Of a stretch of DNA of 64,000 nt, positions 26,586 through 40,170 are shown one piece after another. The position numbers were made by a program, and so were the translations under genes. The notes below the pieces were generated by a model. The model searched no databases. It was not told the origin of the DNA and saw nothing but the letters and a program-made list of their open reading frames with translations. The stretch's first letter is position 1; each line of letters begins with the position of its first letter. The DNA is from Squalus acanthias. Lineage: Eukaryota. Location of the stretch: contig CM059432.1 of the NCBI GenBank assembly GCA_030390025.1, positions 126,358,001 to 126,422,000 on the forward strand, given 5' to 3'.

Positions 26586-26999
26586 AAATCATAAAGCAAG
26601 TTTTTGGTCTCCACTCTTTAAAGGCACACTGGCTTCAAGAAAAAGTGTTTGGCATACCTATTTTTTGCTTGCAGTTGGAGAAGAGCCAGAAGGACCGTGC
26701 ATCATTTTCAACATAATGATGCCATCATTATAATCCAAGTGATTCAATTATGCTTTTCGACACATTTACACGATGCATGTCATTATGTTGAGTGATTATA
26801 AAGAAGCAAAAGAAAAAACTGACAAGTGTTTTTTCTTCATGGAGACAGTGCTCTCATTACCTCACTGTTCTTTTAAAGTAGTTTCCCTGGATTTTTCTTA
26901 ATTTTTTTCTATGATATCAATTTCTTTGAACGGTCTAATTTACAAACCTCATTCTAATACTATCCATAGCATCTCCAAACAAACTTTCTCCTCCTTTTT

Positions 27000-29585
27000 G
27001 CACCTTCAAAGACAGATGATACTAACAAAGCTACTGAAACTTAAGGTCGCTACAACACTGGGATCTGATGGTTAACAGCTGAGCATCATGAGGGAAATTT
27101 GGGAAGATATAATGGAGGCTCGGACTATAATTTTCCAGAATTCTGTGAAAGGGAAATTTGTGCTAGAGGACAAGAGGGTTGCAAAAGTGGCTCCCTCCTT
27201 CAAAAAAGGAGACATGGGTAAGCCAGGAAATTATAAGCCAGTTATCTTACTTCAGTTGTTGGCACAAATTGCTACTCCCGTTCTGCCCAATTGCAGGCAG
27301 ATCTGGGGGGGGGGACAATGGTGAGAAATCAGCTGATAAGCCATTCCGCTGATCAATGTCACTTCCAGGATGTTTCGCCAAGCAGTGATGGCAAACGTTG
27401 AATACATCCACCCAAATATGGGCGGGAGTATTGAAATCAGATACTAAGGTACTTCACTGGCTGTAAAGCGCTTTGGGACGGCCTGAGGTCATGAAAGGCA
27501 CTATATAAATGCTAATTCTTCTTTCTTTCTAATGATGGAATGACACCACACAGTACATTTTCTGTCATTGCCACAATAGCAAAGCTGGATACCAAGAACA
27601 TCAGCACGGTCCTGGCCAATGGCATGCAAGTGGACTTAAAAATTAAAGGAGCGCAATTGACTATGGTTTTAATTTTCAAAAACAACTGGCCTTGCTCTTC
27701 AGCTGCCCTGGAACCAGTTAGACCCCACTCTGCTATTGCAGGAATCAAAGGCCAGCATTAACTTTCTTCCTCCTTCCCCAAATGAGCTGTCCAACACAGG
27801 CAGGAATCCTGCTGGAAGCCTGGTAAAATTATGGTAATTAGACCAACCCCAGGAAATTTGCTGGGATCAGTGGGCACAAAGCCTGCCATGCTGACTTTAC
27901 ACCAAAGTGGAAATCTAGTCCCTGGACTTAATAATATGGGACATTACTAAGCACTTGAAAAAGCATAAGTTAATCAGGGCCAGACTGCACGGATGTCTGA
28001 AAAGCAGGTCATGCTTGGCTAATCGTCTAGAATTCTTTGAAGAAATAGCAGAGGATAGAAAAAAGGAGTGCACGCGATGTGGATTATATGAATTTGTTTT
28101 TTAAAAAGCATTTGATAAGGTGCAGTACTACATATGAGACGTATGGAAAAATAATGAGACCTGGAATTAAAGACAATATGGCCACATGAATTGGGAGATA
28201 GTTGGAAGGCAGAAGCAAAGTTTCTCAGACTTGAAAGATGCAATGAGTGGTGCCCCACATGGGTATTTGGATCACTGTTATTTGCTATATATAATATCCA
28301 TATAAATAAATGATTTTATCAAATTGGGGATGCGGCAAATGGTGACAAAGACTGTAGAAACTGCAAGAGGACATAGATAGGCCATTAGGATGGACGGATA
28401 GGTAACAAATACATTTCCGTTGTAGAAAAATGTGAAGGCCTGTAACTCATTTTGAAAATAAGGCTAGGGAAAGGAACAACACCTTAAATGGTAAAAAAAA
28501 ATTTAAAAAGTGGGAAGCAGAAGGATCTTGGTGTGCAAGTTGTTAAGCCACAATATAGCGAATGGAATCCCTGGATTTTGATCTAGAAAGAAAGAATGAA
28601 AGACATGCATTTATATATCGCCTTTCACGCCCTCAGGATGTCCCAAAGCGATTTACAGCCAATTAAGTACTTTTGATGTGTGGTCACTGTTGTCGCATAG
28701 GAAACGTGGCAGCCAATTTGCTCCCACAAACAGCAATGTGATAATGACCAGATAATCTGTTTTAGTGATGTTGATTGAGGGATAAATATTGGCCAGGACA
28801 CTGGGGATAACTCCCCTGCTCTTCTTCAAAATAGTGCCATGGGATCTTTTACGTCCACCTGAGAGGAGAGACGCGGCCTCGGTTTAACGTCTCATCCGAA
28901 AGACGGCACCTCTGACAGTGCTCAGGTCTCTGGAGTGGGACTTGAACCCACAGCCTTCTGACTCAGAGGCGAGGGTGCTACCAACTGAGTCATGGCCGAC
29001 ACCGTGGCATAGAATAGAAAAGCAAGGAGGTAACGTTGAATTTTCACACAACCTTAGTTAGGCCACAGTATTGTGTATAGTTTTGTGGAGTATTGTGTAC
29101 AGTTTTGGGCACACCATTATCAGAAAGATATAAAAGCAATAAAAAAGGTGCATGTAGATTCACTCTGATATTACCAGGGTTGAAGATTATGATGGAGAGT
29201 TATGATGAGAGACTTGAGAAGTTAGGACTATTTCCACTAAGGCTGAGCAGGTTAAAGATTGACCTGATAGAGTTCTTCAGGATTATGAAGTGTTATAATA
29301 AGGTAAAAAGTGATAGATTGTTTCCATTGTCAGTGAGATGCTACCAAATATACGATAATCAAAGAATTAAAGGGGAGATTAGAAAAGTGGTTAGAATGTA
29401 GCACCATCACTGAAACAGAATCCGTACATACTTTTAAAAGGCAATCAGGTGGTTGCTTGAAAGACAGAAATACTAACGGGTCTGAGAAGCAAGCAGCAGA
29501 CTAGATTTAAACAAGGTGACTCGTGCAGAAAAACACTTGATGGGCTGAATGGTCTCTTTCTGTGCAGTAACATTCTACAGTTCAT
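27000..29585 (+). mobile_element. Old, highly degenerate CR1 LINE in pieces (~27000-27260, ~27930-28585, ~29005-29585)
   Basis: VAKVAPSFKKGDMGKPGNYKPV and YDERLEKLGLF remnants, interrupted by SINE and MITE sequence. Confidence 0.7.
28590..29000 (-). mobile_element. DeuSINE-like (SacSINE1-type) tRNA SINE with L2-type tail
   Basis: Minus-strand A/B boxes (TGACTCAGTTGG; GGTTCAAGTCC) and a Deu-like core (GATCCCATGGCACTATTT). Inserted into the old CR1. Confidence 0.75.
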
Positions 29586-31120
29586 AGAATCATAGAAAGT
29601 TACAGCACGGAAGGAGGCCATTTCGGCCCATCGTGTCCACGCCGGCCAACAAAGAGCTATCCAGCCTAATCCCACTTCCCAGCTCTTGGTCTGTAGCCCT
29701 GCAGGTTAGAGCATCCCAAGTGCACATCCAGGTACTTTTTAAAATGTGGTTAGGGTTCCTGCTTCTACCACCCTTTCAGGCAGTGAGTTCCAGACCACCA
29801 CAACCCTCTGGGTGAAGAAATTTCCCCTCAATTCCCCTCTAAACCTTCCCCCAATTACTTTAAATCTGTGCCCCATGGTTTTTGACCCCTCTGCTAAGGG
29901 AAATAGGTCCTATCTATCCACTTTATCTATGACCCTCATAATTTTATGCACCTCAATAAGGTCTCTCCTCAGCCTCCTCTGTTCCAAGGTAAACAGACCC
30001 AGCCTATCCAGTCTTTCCTCATAGCTAAGATTCTCTACTCCCGGCAACATCCTTGTAAATCTCCTCTGTACCCTCTCTAGTGCAATCACATCTTTCCTGT
30101 AATGCGGTGACCAGAACTGCACGCACTACTCTAGCTGAGGCCTAACTAGTGTTTTATACAGTTGAAGCATAACCCCCCTGCTCTTGTATTCTATGCCACG
30201 GCTAATAAAGGCAAGCATTCCGTATGCCTTCTTAACCACCTTATCTACTTGGCCTGCTACCTTCAGGGATCTGTGGACATGCACTCCAAGGTCCCTCTGT
30301 TCCTCTACGCTACTCAGTGTCCTACCATTTAATGTGTATTCCCTCTCCCCGTTAGCCCTCCCCAAATGCATCACCTCACACTTCTCCGGATTGAATTCCA
30401 TTTGCCACTGTTCTGCCCACCTGACCAATTTATTGATATCTTCCTGCAGTCTACAGCTTCCTTCTTCAGTAACAACCACATAGCCGATTTTAGTATCATC
30501 TGCAAACTTCTTAATCATACCCCCTATATTCAAATCAAGATCGTTGATATATAACACAAAAAGCAAGGGACCTAGTTCTGAGCCCTGCGGGACCCCACTG
30601 GAAACTGCCTTCCAGTCTCAAAAACACCCATCAACCATTACCCTCTGCTTCCTGTCTCCGAGCCAGTTTTGAATCCAACTTGACACTTTGCCCTGGATCC
30701 CATGGGCTTTTAACTTCATGACCAGTCTGCCATGTGGAACCTTATCAAAAGCCTTACTAAAGTCCATATACACTACATCAAACGCACTACCCTCATCTAC
30801 CCTCCTTGTTACCTCCTCAAAAAATTCAATCAAGTTTGTCAGACACGACCTTCCCTTAACAAATCCGTGCTGACTATCCTTGATTAATCCGTGTCTTTCT
30901 AAATGAAGATTTATCCTGTCCTTCAGAATTCTTTCCAATAATTTTCCCACCACCGAGGTTAGGCTAACTGGGCTGTAATTAATTGGTCTATCCTTTATCC
31001 CTTTTTAAACAAGGGCACCACATTAGCAGTCCTCCAGTACCACACCTGAAGCCAGAGAGGATTGAAAAATGATGGTCAGGGCCTCTGCTGTTTCCTCTTT
31101 TGCTTCGCTTAACAGCCTGT
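29583..31120 (-). mobile_element. CR1 LINE, RT domain to 3' end
   Basis: QHGFVKGRSCLTNL, YMDFSKAFDKV and FADD motifs; (ATTCTATG) tail abutting the tail of the plus-strand CR1. Confidence 0.93.
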
Positions 31121-31852
31121 GATTTTATTTCTACTTTTCCTCAAACCACCAACTTTCAGGGTTTTTGTTCTTTTTACCTGTTTAGTTAGAATCCAACTTG
31201 ACATTAACAGCTCCCATTCATTCCCGTCATAGAATCATAGAATGGTTACAGCACAGGAGGCCATTCGGCCCGTGGAGCTCGTGCCGGCTCTCTGCAAAAG
31301 CACTTCAGTTAGTCCCTCTCTGCCGCCCTTTCCCCGTAGCCCTGCAAATTTTTTTTCCTTCAGGTACTTATCCAATTCCCTTTTGAAAGTCACAATTGAA
31401 TCTGCCTCCACCACCCTTTCAGGCAGTGCATTCTAGATCCTAACCACTCGTTATGTAAAAAAGTTTTTCCTCACGTCGCCATTGGTTCTTTTGCCAATCA
31501 CCTTAAATCTGTGTCCTCTGGTTCTCGACCCTTCTGTCAATGGGAACAGTTTCTCTCGACCTATTCTGTCTAGACCGCTCATGAGTTTGAACACCTCTAT
31601 CAAAGCTCCGCTCCACGTTCTCTGCTCTAAGGAGAACAAACCCAGCTTCTCTAGTCTATTCACATAACTGAAGTCCCTCATCCCTGGAATAATTTTCGTA
31701 AATCTTTTCTGCACCCTCTCTAAGGCCTTCACATCCTTCCTAAAGTGCGGTGCCCAGAATTGGACACAATACTCCAGTGGAAGCCGAACCAGTGTTTTAT
31801 AAAGGTTCATCATAACTTCCTTGCTTTTGTACTCTATGCCTTTATTTATGAA

Positions 31853-32130
31853 AAAAAATGAGAAGTCGCACAACACCAGGTTATAGTCCAACAGATTTAT
31901 TTAATTTTACAAGCTTTCGAAGCAGTTCGCTCCTTCGTCAGGTAAGTTAGCAATGAGAGAATCTCCCAGAATTCACAATTTAAACCCAGACAAAATCTAT
32001 TCACATTATTCCTTACAACAAAGAGCACAGCCAAGACAATGAGATGTGTCCCAGGGGGTCCAACGTGTCAAACCACCTGCTGGCTGCATATCCTGTCAAT
32101 TTGTGTTCTTGTGTTTAAAAAAAAAACACC
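31853..32130 (-). mobile_element. Penelope-like pseudo-LTR fragment (second family) nested in a CR1
   Basis: Interrupts CR1 ORF2, flanked by TATGAA at 31847-31852 and 32131-32136; carries a hammerhead motif. Confidence 0.7.
31907..31945 (-). ncRNA. Minimal hammerhead ribozyme motif
   Basis: UUAC-CUGACGA-A-GGAGC(GAACU)GCUUC-GAAA-GCUU^GUAA: intact core, 4-bp stem I, 5-bp stem II, palindromic stem III (AGCU). Confidence 0.75.
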
Positions 32131-35100
32131 TATGAAGCCCACGATCCTTTATGCTTTTTATCCGCTTTCTCAACCTGGCCTGCCACCTTCAACTATTTGT
32201 GCACATATACCCCCCGTCTCTCTGTTCATGCACTCCCTTTAGAATTGTACCCTTTAGTTTACATGTCCTTTCATCGTTCTTCCTACCAAAATATATCACT
32301 TCGCACTTTTCTGCGTTAAATTTCATCTGCCATGTGACCGCCCATTTCACCAGCCTGTCTATGTCTTCTTGAAGTCTATCCCTATCCTCCTCACTGTTCA
32401 CTATACTTCCAAGTTTTGTGTCACCTGCAAATTTTGAAATTGTGCCCTGTACACCCAAGTCCAAGTCATTAATATACATCAAGAAAAGCAGTGGTCCTAG
32501 TACCGACTGGGAAACACCACTGTATACCTTCCTCCAGTCCACAAATCAACCATTCGCCACTACTCTCGGTTTCCTGTCACTTAACCAATTTCGTATCCAT
32601 GCTGCCACACTGTCCCTTTTATTCCATGGGCTTCAACTTCGCTGGCAAGCCTATTATGTGGCACTTTAATCAAATGTCTTTTGGAAGTCCATGTACACCA
32701 CATCAACTGCATTGCCCTGATCAACTCTCTCTGTTACCTCATCAAAAAACGCGATCAAGTTAGTTAAACACGATTTGCCTTTAACAAATCCGTGCCGGCT
32801 TTCCTTAATTAATCCACACTTGTCCAAGTGACTGTTAACTTTGTCCCTGATTTTCATTTCTAAAAGCTTCCCCACTGCTGAGGTTAAACTGACTGGCCTG
32901 TAGTTGCTGGGTTTATCCTTACACCCTTTTTTGAACAAGGGTGTATCATTTGCAATTCTCCAGTCCTCTGGCACCACCCCCGTATCTAAGGAAGATTGGA
33001 AGATTACGGCCAGTACCTCCGCGATTTCATCCTTAACTTCCCTCAGCATCCTAGGATGCATCCCATCCGGTCCTGGTGTCTTACCAACTTTGAGTACAGA
33101 CAGCCTTTCTAGTACCTCCTCTTTATCAATTTTTATCTCATCCAGTATCTCCACTACCTCCTCTTTCACTATGACTTTGGCAGCATCTTCTTCGTTGGTA
33201 AAGACAGATGCAAAGTACTCATTTAGTACCTCAGCCATGCCCTCTGCCTCCATGCGTAGGTCTCCTTTTTGGTCCCTAATCGTCCTCACCCCTCCTCTTA
33301 CTACTCGTTTATTATTTATATGCCTATCGAAGACTTTTGAATTTCCTTTTATGTTAGCTGCCAATCCATTCTCATACTCTCTCTTTGCCCCTCTTATTTT
33401 CTTTTTCACTTCCCCTCTGAACTTTCTATTTCAGCCTGGTTCTCACTTGTAATCTCAACCTGACATCTGTCATACGTGCTCTTTTTCTGCTTCATCTTCA
33501 TCTTTCGTCATCTAGGGAGCTCTGACTTTAGTTACCCTACCTTTCCCCCTCGTGGGAATGTACCTCGACTGTACCCGAACCATCTCCTCTTTAAAGGCAG
33601 TCCATTGTTCGATTACAGTTTTGCCTGCCAATCTTTGATTCCAATTTACCCAGGCCAGATCCATTCCCAACCCACTGAAATTGGCCTTCCTCCAATTAAG
33701 TATTTTTACTCTAGATTGCTCCCTGTCGTTTTCCATAGCTAATCTAAACCTTATGATACTATGATCACTGTTCCCTAAATGTTCCCCTACTGACACTTGC
33801 TCCACTTGAGCTACCTCATTCCCCAGAACCAGATCCAGCAATGCCTCCTTCCTCGTTGGGCTGGAAACGTACTGATCAAGATAGTTCTTCTGAGTACACT
33901 TGAGAAATTCTTCCCCCTCTCTGCCCTTTACACTATTACTATCCCAGTCTATATTAAAATAATTGAAAAGTCCCCCATTATCACTACTCTCTAGTTCTTG
34001 CACCTCTCTAATTTCCCTGCAAATTTGCTCCTTTATATCCTTCCCACTAGTTGGTGGCCTATAGAATACACCTAGTAGTGTAATGGAACCTCTATTATTT
34101 CTTAACTCTAAGCAATAGATTCTGTCCTTGACCCCTCCAGGACATCCTCTCTCTCCAGCATTGTAACATTCTCCTTAACCAATACTGCCACTCCACCTCC
34201 TTTCTTTCCTTCCCCATCGTTCCTGAACACCTTATACCCAGGAATATTTAGTACCCAATCCTGCCCTTTTTTGAGCCAGGTCTCCGTTATCGCCACAACA
34301 TCATATTCCCACATGTGGCTATTTGAGCCTGCAGCTCACCAACCTTATTTACCACGCTTCATGCGTTAACACACATGCACTGTAAACCTATCTTAGACCT
34401 TCTTGTATTCTCTCTTAGTCTGATCCCACCTAATACCGTACTATTTCTTACTCTGGTGCTATCGGTCTCTCCCCATCCTTTGTGCACTTTGTTTCTCCTT
34501 TCTAATGCTACATCCTGGTGCCCATCCCCCTGTCAAATTAGTTTAAACCCTCCCCAACAGCACTAACAAACCCCCGCGAGGACATTGGTTCCAGCTATGT
34601 TGAAGTGCAACCCATCCGGGCTGTATTGGTCCCACCTCCCCCAGAACCGGTCCCAATGTCCCAGGAGTCTGAAGCCCTCCCTCCTGCACCATCTCGCCAG
34701 CCACGCATTCATCTGCTCTATCCTCCTATTTCTATACTCACTAGCTTGTGGCACCGGGAGTAATCTAGAGATTACTACCTTTGAGGTCCTGTTTTTTAAT
34801 CTCTTTCCTAGCTCCCTAAAATCTGCCTGCAGGACCTCATCCCTCTTTCTACCTATGTCGGTGGTACGGATATGGACCATGACCTCTGGCTATTTACCCT
34901 CCCCCTCAATGTTCTGCAGCTGCTCAGTGACATCCTTGACCCTGGCACCAGGGAGGCAACAAACCATCCTGGAATCATGTCTGCGGCCACAGAAACGCCT
35001 GTCTGTTCCCCTAACTATCGCATCCCCAACCATGATTGCTTTCCCGATCTTCCTCTTCTCCCCCCGTACAGCTGAGTTACCCATGGTGCCATGGACTTGG

Positions 35101-37589
35101 CTCTGGCTGTACTCCCCAGAGGAACCATCGCCCTCACCACTGGTTGGAGAGTGAGATGCACTCAGGGGACTCCTGCACTACCTGCCTGGTCCTCCTTGTC
35201 TGTCTGGCAGTCACCCATTCCCTCTCTGCCTGCACACCCTTACTCTGCGGGGTGACCACCTCCTGAAACGTGCTAGCCTCGTAGCGCTTAGCCTCATGGA
35301 TGCACCGCAGTGACGCCAGCTGCTGCTCAAGCTCCAAAACCTGGAGCTTGAGCTCCTCCAGCTGACGACACTTCCTGCACACATGGTTGTCCAGGACACT
35401 GGAAGCGTGGCACATGGCACAAGATATGCATTCCACAGGATTAAGGTGCCCTGCCATGCCTCTATTTAATAGATTAACTAACCTAACAGAAATAAAACAA
35501 GACTTAAAAAAGAACAATCACTAGCTCTTGTCCTTGGTTTCCTTCCTTTAAGTACGAGCTCCACCCAAGCCTCCCATTCTTTTATGCCAGTCGACTCTCA
35601 GCTGATCTTCCCTAGGGACGGAGTCCTATTCTTTCTCATTAGCCCATTTCCTAGTTAGCCCCGTTTCAAGTTGACTCCACTTGATCACTACGGAATTGGA
35701 GTCCTGAGCAAATTTTTGGCACTGGTCTACAAGGTAACCATTTACTTGATGGCTCTCTAGCCAGATCAATACATTACTTGATAAATTGGTTAATTAAAGT
35801 TTTATTTCCAAATAAAGTGAAGTATTATCCAAGTTTGTATAAATATATAGAGGATATAGTATGTCAAAGCTCTGAAATATCTACACACTGAAATCTGTGT
35901 TTGATATCGGAGGAATGTGGTGGTGGAAAGGATTTTGGCATCAGAAGTATGGAATACTGAGAAAATTCTGAGTAAAAGCTTCAGTTGAGGTTTGACATTG
36001 GACAGATCGGAGTGCAAATAAAATATGGTAATTATGACTTGACATTCCAATATTCTAAGGACAGGGCGTGACTGTCTTAAGTATGGAAATATAAGGCCAT
36101 GAGAGAACAGGTAAATTTTAACCAATTAGCACTCCTGGTGCAGAGCTTTGCCCAAGGGGAGTGCATTATTGGAACTCAGGCACTGAACTAGCATGCGCCG
36201 CACAATTTTATGTCCAGTAAAAATGAATGACAGAAAATCATTTGGAGTGCCCCGCCCTGCATGTCCAAATTCCTGATATGCATTCCCACCACACAATTCT
36301 CCGCAATGAGTGCACACTTACTCCTCAAATTCAAAAGGAGTTTTAGTAAATTTATGGAGGACAGGATTAAGAATCTCTGATGACGTTGAGGATCAGACCT
36401 TGACACAATGGAGTGCCCTTTTATGGCATTTCCATCTATGACACTTCTCTTTCCCTTTGGCAGTGGTTCCACTTCTTTTCACAGCCCACCAGAATGTGAC
36501 ATTAATAAACACTTGCATTTATATAGCGCCTTTCACAACCTCAGGACGTCCCAAAGCACTTTACAGCCAATGAAGTACTTTTGGTCACTGTTGCAGCTAT
36601 GATGGCAGAGCAATTCCAGCATCACTAGAGACAATGAAAGTCCCTATTTACAACTATGGATTCAGAGAGAGAAAGCAGTCGTGCTGGGAATTACTAGCAC
36701 AGTCAAAACATGTCTGAGATCACAATCCTGCGGCAGAACAGAAGCGCATATCAGGAATTCAAGCGTTGAAGACAGCACGTCCTGTACAATTTTATGTCCA
36801 CTAAAATGAATGGCCTACCACCTCATTTGCAATCAGTACCACAACATCTCAGGACTGTGATCTCACATATCATTTGATTGTGCCAGTAATTCTAGTATGC
36901 CTCTTACTTTCTTTCACTGAATTTTGCCATTATTCTCTGAAGGAAAAGTGGGCATGTACTGGCCCAATGCACATCTAAACCCAAGTGCTGGAGCTAGCGC
37001 ACGCCAAATTTTACTGAAAAGGTTCACGCCATAATTTGAGTAGGTGCATGAGAAAGGTACTCAGCGAGCTTGGCCTGTAGCACACTTGGGGTGGAACGCC
37101 CAAAATCCAGCACTGCAGCAGCTCACCATAAATGGGAAGTTGTGGTGGTGACAGAAAAGTGGACTAGTTGGACACAATGGAACAATAAAGACATGTGGCC
37201 AACACTGTTCCCTTTGATGCTTAAAATTTGTAGGTCTTACTGTAGGAGGTGCACCAAAGGAGGATGGCTCTCTCTCTCTGGGGTTGAAGGCCAAACTCCA
37301 TTAAAAGCATAGATGCCAGGAGGCCACTGACAGAGTCAATGTACGTACCTAGCTCCATTTTACCCAGCTGCAAATGAGGAACAAGGGTGCTGGTATCAGC
37401 AGCAATGTAAAGGAGAGTCTGTTGCTCACTTTTTCACATACATTTTGTGTTGGGTCCCATCAAGCATGGCATAAACCCAAGTTGAGAACTGTCTTATCCT
37501 CTGGGAGGTACCATTTGAAGCACTATACACAACCATTGCCCTTCCATTGTGTTCAAGATGCATGGTACACTTTTCTTGAAGGTGGAGGT

Positions 37590-39315
37590 GGCATACATTA
37601 ACGATTTAGACTTTGGAATCAAAAACACAATTTCTAAATTTGCAGATGACACCAAATTGGGGAGGACAGTCAATACTGAGGAGGACTGCAACAAATTACA
37701 AGACATTAATAAACTTGAAGAATGGGCATATAATTGGCAAATGAAATTCAACACAGATAAATGTGAGGTATTGGCCCAAAAATTCGCGAGGAAGCCTTCG
37801 TGCGAGGGTAAGGCTTCCCCGCGATCTCTCACTGCGCGTTGGCTTTTTCAGTTCCAGCTCGCACGAACTTGATGTTCTGGACAGCTGCTGTGCAGTGCTT
37901 TCGTATCCCACAGCCGTAGTTAATTCGTGCGAGCTGTGGGATCACGTGACTCAGTTAGAGCCAATGGCAGCACACCATCTTCCATTCATAACTTTCACAT
38001 AAGTGCTGTGAAAGCTATGAATACTATAGCCCCCCAAAAGAACAGCTAAACCTCAATTAAATTAAAAAAAAACCATCACATTAATAAAATAAGTATAGTT
38101 AAATAAATTAACCATTTTAAATAAAAAATTAAATTTTTGAAAAAATTTAAAATCTTTTAAAAAGTTATAAAAATAAACTTACCTGTCTTTAAAGTCTCTA
38201 AAAAAGATATACCTGTTAAAAAAAATTCAAAATAATACTTAATTCACTACTTACCTTGTTAAAAGTGGGTCTTACTCCTCCTTTTTTTATGTGTAAAATC
38301 TTCCATACTTACCTGCGCGTTGAAACCACTAAGTGCACTGCATGCGCGCAGCCTGTAGCGTGCACGCGGTTCACCTAGGAACCGCCCCCTTTTCCATTCA
38401 CCAAGTGCCGGTTTTCAGCGCATGCGCAGTGCATGCAGAAAACCGGCAATTGGAGACAGAATACGCGAGAGTACACAGTGCGTACTCTCGCGTAGCGGCA
38501 CTAATTTTTGGGCCATTATATTTTAGTAAGAAAAATAGGGAGGTCACATATTACTTGAAAAATACGAATCTAAGTGGGGTAGAAGAGCAAAGGGATCTCT
38601 GAGTACAAATACACAAATCACTAAAAGTAGGCGACACAGGTTAAAAAGGCCATAAAAAACAGCAAACCAAGCACTAGGGTTTATTTCCAGAGGGATAGAA
38701 TTGAAAAGTAGAGAAGTTATGCTAAACTTGTATCGAACCTTGGTTAGACCACACTTGGAGCACTGCGTACAATTCTAGTCGCCATATTATAAAAAGGATA
38801 TAGAGGCACTGGAGAGGGTGCAGAGAAAATTTACAAGGATGATACCAGAAATGCGAGGGTACACCCATCAGGAAAGGATGAACAGGCTGGGTCTCTTTTC
38901 TCTTGAAGAGAGAAGGCTGAGGAGTGACCTAATAGAGGTCTTTAAAATTATGAAAGGTTTTGATAGAGTGGATACAGAGAGAATGTTTCCACTTGTGAAG
39001 AAGAGCAAAACTAGAGGCCATCAATATAAGATAGTCACCAAGAAATCAAATAGGGAATTCAGAAGAAACTTCTTTACCCAGAGAGTGGTGAGAATGTGGA
39101 ACTCGCTACCACAGGGAGTGGTTGAAGCGAATAGAAAAGATGCATTTAAGGGGAGGCTAGATAAGAATATGTTGGGAGAAGGGAATAGAGGGTTATGCTG
39201 ATAGATTTAGATGAGGAAAGACGGGAGGAGGCTCGAGTGGAGCATAAACGCCGGCATGGACTGGTTGGGTCAAATGGCCTGTTTCTGTGCTGTATATCCT
39301 ATGTAATCCTATGTA
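37590..39315 (+). mobile_element. CR1 LINE 3' part, split by a MITE
   Basis: YINDLD..KFADDTKLG..KCEV resumes as LYFSKKN..QRKFTRMIPE; CR1 tail at ~39300. Confidence 0.92.
37773..38514. mobile_element. MITE with AT-rich core, inserted into a CR1
   Basis: Perfect 12-bp TIRs GGCCCAAAAATT / AATTTTTGGGCC and TSD ATT. Removing it restores the CR1 frame. Reverse-orientation relative of 44709-45436. Confidence 0.9.
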
Positions 39316-39634
39316 AACTAATGCGAATGCATTCAGACCAGGGTGCTGCTCTGCTGTTGAGAGTATCTCAGTGTAGATTATAGCCCTGTTCTCCTAAAAG
39401 CTTTCTTCTTCTTCAGGCAGATGACTCTTTTCCACATGAAAAGTGATGATGGGGTTGTCTTTGCAAACATAATGGTTGTCATTTTCCAGATACATGTGTG
39501 CACTGCAGACTGCCTAAGGTAGCAGATGTCTCCTGGGATCGTTTGGAAGATATGGTAGCATGAAAGCTTCATGCTATGGTAACCTTCATATCTATGGATC
39601 AAGTTTAGAACGGTCAGCCTTGGCTCAGTGGCAT

Positions 39635-40170
39635 CCAACAACAACAAGTTGTATTTACATAGTAGTCCCAAGGCACTTCACAGGAGCATTATCAAAGAAA
39701 ATTTGACACTGAGCCACATAAGGAGATATTAGGGCAGATGACCAAAAGCTTGGTCAAAGAGGTAGGTTTTAAGGAACGTCTTAAAAGGAGGAAAGAGTGG
39801 TAGAGAGGCGGAGAGATTTAGGGAGGGAATTCCAGAGCTTAGGGCCTTGGCAGCTGAAGGCACGGCCACCAATGGTGGAGTGATTAAAATCGGGGTGCTC
39901 AAGAGGTCAGAATTGGAGGAGCACAGATATCTCAGAGAGTTGTAGGGCTGGAGGAGATTACAGCGATAAGGAGGGGCGAGGTCATGGATGGTTTTGAAAA
40001 CAAGGATGAGAATTTTAAAATCTAGGTGTTGCTTAACCGGGAGCTAATGTAGGTCAGTGAGCACAGGGGTGATGGGTGAACCGGACTTGGTGCGAGTTGG
40101 GACACGGGCAGCTGAGTTTTGGATGACCTCAAGTTTAGGAGTCAGGTCAGGAGTGCGTTGGAATAGTCTA
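39635..40170 (-). mobile_element. L2 3' fragment, apparently inserted into a DeuSINE-like SINE (~39615-39635 and ~40175-40410, plus strand)
   Basis: KLEVIQNSAARVPTRTKSGSPITPVLTDLH and an L2 3' end; SINE head and tail flank it. Confidence 0.75.

Larger units (their letters stand above)
31228..35520 (-). mobile_element. Near full-length CR1 LINE (ORF1 zinc finger/coiled coil plus SGNH esterase; ORF2 APE-RT), inactivated
   Basis: ORF1 MAGHLNPVECISCAMC..CRKC, VGDAIVRG, DGLH; ORF2 ITETWL, SDHS, KTPGPDG, YMDFQKTFD; multiple stops and frameshifts. Confidence 0.95.

Noticed and set aside
32904..33452. Long ORFs antisense to LINE ORF2 (also 34585-35154 and 52489-53049)
   Set aside because: Shadow frames of CR1 coding sequence
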